DNA from: an uncultured Actinomyces sp.
Lineage (GTDB): Bacteria > Actinomycetota > Actinomycetes > Actinomycetales > Actinomycetaceae
Assembly (NCBI GenBank): GCA_963525415.1
Contig: CAURIY010000005.1
Span: 54,441-118,440 of the forward strand
DNA length: 64,000 bases
Direction of reading: 5' to 3'
Shown here: positions 58,755 to 64,000 of the stretch, in pieces
Position numbering within the stretch: the first letter of the stretch is position 1
How the letters are laid out: every line of letters begins with the position of its first letter
Notes under the pieces: model-generated
The model's input: only the letters and a program-made list of their open reading frames with translations
Databases searched by the model: none
What the model was told of the DNA's origin: nothing
Program-made: the position numbers and the translations under genes

Positions 58755-59888
58755 ATGAAGTTCACTGTTGCTCGTGACGTGCTTGCTGAAGCTGTCTCAT
58801 GGACTGCTCGCGTACTTCCCGTACGCCCCGCGAGCCCGATCCTTGCAGGTATGCGGATTCACGCCTCCGGACAGGAACTCACACTGTCCTCCTTCGACTA
58901 CGAGGTGTCGGGAAACTCCCGTATTCCCGCAACCGTTGAAGAAGAAGGCGAAGTCTTGGTCTCCGGTCGCCTGCTGGCAGACATCTCCAAGTCCCTTCCG
59001 AACAAGCCGGTCACCATCGAAGTTGATGGACAGAAAGTCTCGCTGACCTGCGGTTCATCCCACTTCACCCTCGCTGTCATGCCAATCGACGAATACCCGC
59101 TGCTCCCCAGCCAGCCGGCACTTGCCGGTTCCGTGGATTCACAGGTGTTTTCCCAGGCAGTGACCCAGGTGTCCGTTGCGGCATCTCGCGATGAGACCCT
59201 GCCCCTGCTCACCGGCGTGCGCCTCGAAATCGAGGACGGCAACATCACCCTTCTGGCAACGGATCGCTACCGCCTGGCCATGCGCGAACTCCAGTGGGAT
59301 GCCGCATCCGGCATGTCCGAAGCAGCCCTCGTCAAGGCACGCATCCTCCAAGATGTCGCAAAGTCCATGACCTCCGGTGCCCAGGTGGAAATCGGCCTGT
59401 CTCACGACACCCAGCCTGGCGCCTCGTCGCTCATCGGTTTCGAAGCGGGCGGACGCCGCACCACCTCGACCCTCATGGATGGCGACTACCCGCCGGTGCG
59501 TCGACTCTTCCCCGAAACCACGACCATCCAGGCCGTGGCCGAACGCCAAACCCTGCTGGAAGCGGTGAAGCGTGTGTCCCTCGTGGCAGAACGTAAGACC
59601 AGCGTGCGCCTGGCCTTCTCTCACGGGCAGGTTGTCCTTGAAGCCGGTCAGGGTGACAATGCCCAGGCATCGGAAGCCATCGAAGCCCAGCTGGTGGGAG
59701 AAGACATTTCCACGGCCTTCAACCCGCAGTACCTCATTGACGGCCTGTCGGTAATTGACACCGATTACGTGCGCTTCGGATTCACCCACCCGACGAAGCC
59801 CGCCGTCATCACCGGACAAGAAAAAGCAGACGGCGGAGAGGTCACGAACTTCCGTTACCTCCTCATGCCGATCCGCTACGGCATCTGA
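58755..59888 (+). CDS. dnaN: DNA polymerase III beta sliding clamp
   Basis: MKFTVARDVLAEAV, FDYEVS, ATDRYRLA, GDYP, AFNPQYL, YLLMPIR. Confidence 0.97.
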   Translation: MKFTVARDVLAEAVSWTARVLPVRPASPILAGMRIHASGQELTLSSFDYEVSGNSRIPATVEEEGEVLVSGRLLADISKSLPNKPVTIEVDGQKVSLTCGSSHFTLAVMPIDEYPLLPSQPALAGSVDSQVFSQAVTQVSVAASRDETLPLLTGVRLEIEDGNITLLATDRYRLAMRELQWDAASGMSEAALVKARILQDVAKSMTSGAQVEIGLSHDTQPGASSLIGFEAGGRRTTSTLMDGDYPPVRRLFPETTTIQAVAERQTLLEAVKRVSLVAERKTSVRLAFSHGQVVLEAGQGDNAQASEAIEAQLVGEDISTAFNPQYLIDGLSVIDTDYVRFGFTHPTKPAVITGQEKADGGEVTNFRYLLMPIRYGI

Positions 59889-59896
59889 GGTGTCAC

Positions 59897-61228
59897 GTGC
59901 GAGTAACGCACGTGGCGCTCGATGACTTTCGTTCCTACCGTCACGCCGTTGTCGAATTTGCACCGGGAACAACGGTTCTCGTCGGTTCCAACGGCCAGGG
60001 GAAAACGAATCTCGTCGAAGCAATTGCCTACCTGTCGGCTTTTTCCAGCCACCGGGTCTCCGCTGAAAGTGCTCTCGTTCGCCTTCCCCTCTCAGAAGAC
60101 GAGGCAGCACCGGGCGGGGCAGTCGTCCGCGTCAAACTGGTGACCGCAGGGGAACGCGAACACGTCATCGAACTGGAAATCGTTCGAGGAAAAGCAAACA
60201 GAGCCAAACTCAACCGCACGCAGGTACGTCCCCGAGATGTCCTTGGTATGGTGAAAACAGTTGTTTTCTCACCGGAAGACCTCGGTATCGTGCGCGGAGA
60301 CCCCTCGGTGCGCCGAACATTCATCGACGATCTCCTCATCCAGATGAACCCCATGATGGCGCAGGTCAAAAACGACTACGACAAGGTTGCTCGCCAGAGA
60401 GCAGCCCTGATGAAACAGGCGCAATCACAGCTTCGCCGGGGAAAAACTCCCGACCTGTCCACGCTCCAGATCTGGGATGACACCTTCGCCATACTCTCCG
60501 TGCGCCTGAGTCGTGCGCGCAGAGCACTGATCACCGAGCTTCGCGGACCGGCTTCCTCGGCCTATGCTCAGGTCGCAGACTCGCCGCGCACCCTCGATAT
60601 CGACTACGTGTCTTCCCTTGATCAGACACTGGTACGCCTGTCGCAACCCGCAGTGGAAACAGAGGGTGTTTCCACGCTGCTGAATACGGACGAAACCCCC
60701 GGATTTTCCGCGGAAAATCAGCAGACGGAGCACCGCCTCGCCAATGATGACGACGAGGCGGAGGATTGTACCGGCGGAAACGATGCACCTGCGTACACCG
60801 AAAGCGAAGAAGAAGAAATTCACCGCATGCACGCCGCTCTCGCCCACGTGCGCACCGCGGAAACGGAGCGCGGAGTTAACCTCGTGGGAGCGCACCGAGA
60901 CGATATGCGCCTGACTCTGGGTGGAATACCGGTTAAGGGATACGCCAGCCATGGAGAATCCTGGTCGGTCGCCCTCGCCCTACGTCTGGGGGCGTATGAA
61001 CTCCTCAAAGAGGACGACGACACCCCGATCCTCATTCTCGACGATGTTTTTGCCGAACTCGATGCTGCGCGGCGCCTGGGATTAACGCGGATGGTGTCCG
61101 ACGCGGAACAAGTGCTGGTGACGGCCGCCGTTGCCGAGGATGTTCCCGAAGAACTACGCGCTTCCATGCTGCGTGTCACCTGGGATCCCCGGACGGGAAC
61201 CGCGGTTGCGGGAGGCGACGATGAGTAA
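59897..61228 (+). CDS. recF: DNA replication/repair protein RecF
   Basis: DFRSY, GSNGQGKTN, SSHR, GAHRDD, ASHGE, ILDDVFAELD. Confidence 0.96.
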   Translation: MRVTHVALDDFRSYRHAVVEFAPGTTVLVGSNGQGKTNLVEAIAYLSAFSSHRVSAESALVRLPLSEDEAAPGGAVVRVKLVTAGEREHVIELEIVRGKANRAKLNRTQVRPRDVLGMVKTVVFSPEDLGIVRGDPSVRRTFIDDLLIQMNPMMAQVKNDYDKVARQRAALMKQAQSQLRRGKTPDLSTLQIWDDTFAILSVRLSRARRALITELRGPASSAYAQVADSPRTLDIDYVSSLDQTLVRLSQPAVETEGVSTLLNTDETPGFSAENQQTEHRLANDDDEAEDCTGGNDAPAYTESEEEEIHRMHAALAHVRTAETERGVNLVGAHRDDMRLTLGGIPVKGYASHGESWSVALALRLGAYELLKEDDDTPILILDDVFAELDAARRLGLTRMVSDAEQVLVTAAVAEDVPEELRASMLRVTWDPRTGTAVAGGDDE

Positions 61229-62075
61229 AACTCCGCGCATGCGTGATGAGTCGATTCCCGGGGATTCGGGGGAAAAGGTAGCTGAGAACGAGCCCTCGCT
61301 GAGCACCTCGCCGGGAGAGACTTGGGATGAGGATGAAGGGGCTGCGGACTACGCAACTTTTGCGCTGAAACGTGCACAGGACATCGCCAGTACTCAGGGA
61401 AAGATGCGTCTTCCCCTGCGGAGGAGAAAACGGCGCTTCTACGAGGGATACAACGAAGACACTGCCTCGGAAATCTCGCTCACTCGCGATGAAAAGACCC
61501 GCACGGACGGGGGAGTGAATACGGGCGAAGAAGGGGAATTCCCCGCCTCTCGCGACACTCATTCGACCCGAGATGACGAGAGCGTTCCGCGCCCGCGCGA
61601 AAACTCACCCCTGCTGAACGCGGATGAGGACGGTGACCTCACCTTCCTCGCTCGAGCGTCGGAGCGCATCGGTGTCGGATGGGCGAAACTCCCCGGAATG
61701 GCGGCAACGCGCCCGCGCTACCGCGAGCCGCGAACACTGGGATTTGGGATCAAACGTCTGATCCAACGCTCCGGCTGGGATGTTCCCACGCGTATGGGAT
61801 CCGTCATGGTTCAGTGGCCGACGATCGTCGGAGAGGACGTTGCCCGGCACTGCGAGATCGAAACTTTTGAGGATCGTGTCCTCGTGGTGCGCTGTTCTTC
61901 TACGGCCTGGGCGAAGCAATTGCAGCTGCTCATTCCCACCATTGAGCGGAGAATTGCCGAGGAAGTGGGGGAGGGCGTGGTCCGTCAGCTCATTGTGCGC
62001 GGGCCGGCGGCTCCGTCGTGGAAAAAAGGGCGTTTTTCAGTACCGGGACGCGGCCCTCGCGACACCTACGGCTAG
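61221..62075 (+). CDS. DUF721/DciA family protein with long N-terminal extension
   Basis: C-terminal W..IVG.DVA.H, CSSTAWAKQL, GPAAPSW, GRGPRDTYG. Located between recF and gyrB. Confidence 0.88.
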   Translation: MSKTPRMRDESIPGDSGEKVAENEPSLSTSPGETWDEDEGAADYATFALKRAQDIASTQGKMRLPLRRRKRRFYEGYNEDTASEISLTRDEKTRTDGGVNTGEEGEFPASRDTHSTRDDESVPRPRENSPLLNADEDGDLTFLARASERIGVGWAKLPGMAATRPRYREPRTLGFGIKRLIQRSGWDVPTRMGSVMVQWPTIVGEDVARHCEIETFEDRVLVVRCSSTAWAKQLQLLIPTIERRIAEEVGEGVVRQLIVRGPAAPSWKKGRFSVPGRGPRDTYG

Positions 62076-62118
62076 GGGTGTGAAAAAGGGCGCGAAATCG
62101 CGGTTTACCGCCCTTTTT

Positions 62119-62127
62119 TGGTAGAAT
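62119..62127 (+). promoter_or_regulatory. Extended -10 promoter of gyrB
   Basis: TGG-TAGAAT directly after a hairpin/T-run, about 100 nt upstream of gyrB. Confidence 0.5.
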
Positions 62128-62226
62128 TATCCAGGTTGTTTTGTGCTTCTGTGTCACCCGTGTGTGCGCGGAAGTACGCGGCTCCATTTCGGGGTCGTGT
62201 GATCACACATTGAGGGGAGCCATAGG

Positions 62227-64000
62227 GTGGCTGAAACGCAAAAACCCACAGTCGATGACGGGTCGGAGGGCTACGGCGCCTCGGACATTACCGTCCTCGA
62301 GGGTTTGGAGGCGGTACGTAAGCGTCCCGGTATGTACATCGGTTCAACCGGAGAACGCGGCCTGCACCACCTGGTGTACGAAGTCGTCGACAACTCCGTC
62401 GATGAGGCCTTGGCCGGATACGCCGATCACATCCAAGTGACAATCCTGGCCGATGGAGGAATCCGCGTCATCGACAACGGCCGAGGAATCCCCGTCGATG
62501 AACACCCCACAGAACACAAGCCCACCGTCGAGGTCGTCATGACGATCCTCCACGCCGGCGGCAAATTCGGCGGCGGCGGCTACGCCGTGTCCGGTGGTCT
62601 GCACGGCGTGGGTATCTCCGTGGTGAACGCCCTGTCCACCCGCGTGAACACCGAAATTCGCCGCCAGGGATACGTGTGGCGCATGTCCTTCGCGAACGGT
62701 GGAACCCCGATTACCGCACTGGAACGCGGGGAAGAAACCTCAGAAACGGGCACCACGCAGACCTTCTACCCGGATCCAGCGATCTTCGAAACCGTGGAAT
62801 TCAGCTTCGAAACGCTGCGTCAGCGCTTCCAGCAGATGGCATTCCTCAACAAGGGACTGCGTATCTCCCTGACCGATGAGCGCCCCACGGCCGTTGCCGA
62901 AGGCGACGAAATTGCCGGCGCAGAAGAAGCCGAAGTCAACGAACACCAGGGACACCGCCACGTGTCCTACATGTACGAACACGGCCTGCGCGACTACGTG
63001 GCCTACCTGGATTCCACAAAGAAATCCGACGTCATCAACGCGGAGATCATCGACTTCGAAAGCGAAAACGCAGAAGGCACGATGTCGGTGGAAATCGCAA
63101 TGCAGTGGACGACCGCCTACAACGCGTCCATCCACACCTATGCGAACACCATCAACACCACCGAAGGTGGAACCCACGAAGAAGGCTTCCGCACGGCTCT
63201 GACAACCCTCATTAACCGCTACGCGCGCGAAAAGAGTCTGCTCAAAGACAAGGACGACAATCTCTCCGGTGACGACGTCCGCGAAGGTCTGACGGCTGTC
63301 ATTTCGGTAAAGCTCACCGAACCCCAGTTCGAAGGACAGACCAAGACCAAGCTCGGTAACACGGAGGCTCGAACCTTCGTTCAGCAGCAGGTCTACCAGC
63401 AGCTGGGTGACTGGCTCGATGCCCACCCGGCTGATGCCAAGGCGATCGTTGCCAAGGGACAGCAGGCTCAGCTTGCCCGCGTGGCGGCACGTAAGGCTCG
63501 CGAAGCAACGCGCCGCAAGACGGCTCTGGACTCCGTGTCCATGCCCTCCAAACTGCGCGACTGCTCCTCTCGTGACCCGCGCGAATGTGAAATCTTCATC
63601 GTTGAGGGCGATTCCGCCGGCGGTTCCGCCGTGCAGGGACGCGACCCCAAGCACCAGGCAATCCTTCCCCTGCGAGGCAAGATCCTCAACGTGGAAAAGG
63701 CACGCCTGGACCGGGCACTCAACTCCGACACCATCCAAGCACTCATCGGTGCCCTGGGAACGGGAATCGGCGAAGAGTTCGACATTGAGAAACTGCGCTA
63801 CCACAAGATCGTCCTCATGGCCGATGCCGACGTGGACGGTCAGCACATCGCCACGCTGCTCCTGACCTTCCTGTTCCGCTACATGAAGCCCCTCCTCGAA
63901 GGTGGCTACGTGTACCTGGCAACCCCGCCGCTGTACCGTCTCAAGTGGACGAACTCCCCCCACGAGTACGTCTACTCGGATCGCGAACGCGACGACCGCC
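62227..64000 (+). CDS. gyrB: DNA gyrase subunit B (runs off the window end; not in the ORF track)
   Basis: Manual translation [39 protein letters not shown]...EVVDNSVDE...LHAGGKF...VEGDSAGG...MADADVDG. Confidence 0.97.
   Translation, partial: MAETQKPTVDDGSEGYGASDITVLEGLEAVRKRPGMYIGSTGERGLHHLVYEVVDNSVDEALAGYADHIQVTILADGGIRVIDNGRGIPVDEHPTEHKPTVEVVMTILHAGGKFGGGGYAVSGGLHGVGISVVNALSTRVNTEIRRQGYVWRMSFANGGTPITALERGEETSETGTTQTFYPDPAIFETVEFSFETLRQRFQQMAFLNKGLRISLTDERPTAVAEGDEIAGAEEAEVNEHQGHRHVSYMYEHGLRDYVAYLDSTKKSDVINAEIIDFESENAEGTMSVEIAMQWTTAYNASIHTYANTINTTEGGTHEEGFRTALTTLINRYAREKSLLKDKDDNLSGDDVREGLTAVISVKLTEPQFEGQTKTKLGNTEARTFVQQQVYQQLGDWLDAHPADAKAIVAKGQQAQLARVAARKAREATRRKTALDSVSMPSKLRDCSSRDPRECEIFIVEGDSAGGSAVQGRDPKHQAILPLRGKILNVEKARLDRALNSDTIQALIGALGTGIGEEFDIEKLRYHKIVLMADADVDGQHIATLLLTFLFRYMKPLLEGGYVYLATPPLYRLKWTNSPHEYVYSDRERDDR

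Overview
High-GC actinobacterial chromosome segment. Gene order and protein style suggest Actinomycetaceae (Schaalia/Actinomyces-like); this assignment is inferred. The window covers about 58 kb left of the replication origin and ends inside gyrB. The conserved core is dnaB, a MATE transporter, rpsF-ssb-rpsR-rplI, a class A PBP, cca, NUDIX-DUF6049-murJ-trxB, an aminotransferase plus Ddl-like pair, parB-parA-rsmG-jag-yidC-yidD-rnpA-rpmH, then dnaA-oriC-dnaN-recF-dciA-gyrB, with four perfect parS sites. Accessory content includes the 3' end of a sortase-anchored protein, a fused ECF-type transporter, tRNA-Leu(CAG), cspA, an ABC plus DesK/DesR-like module, a hexonate/hexuronate catabolic locus, glpD, a second ABC pair, mgtC and a large beta-helix/tandem-AAA protein. 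No integrase, transposase, prophage, rRNA or CRISPR array was seen. Most notable observations: (1) a hidden minimal sortase substrate whose signal peptide and LAKTG anchor lie in different reading frames; (2) extra-origin DnaA-box clusters at the dnaB promoter and upstream of mgtC; (3) a uxaC-less locus that fits L-gulonate catabolism; (4) a MurJ fusion that retains an internal -10/RBS/ATG; (5) an orphan SpoVK/EccA-like tandem AAA protein; (6) an addiction-module antitoxin remnant. None can be confirmed as novel without database searches.
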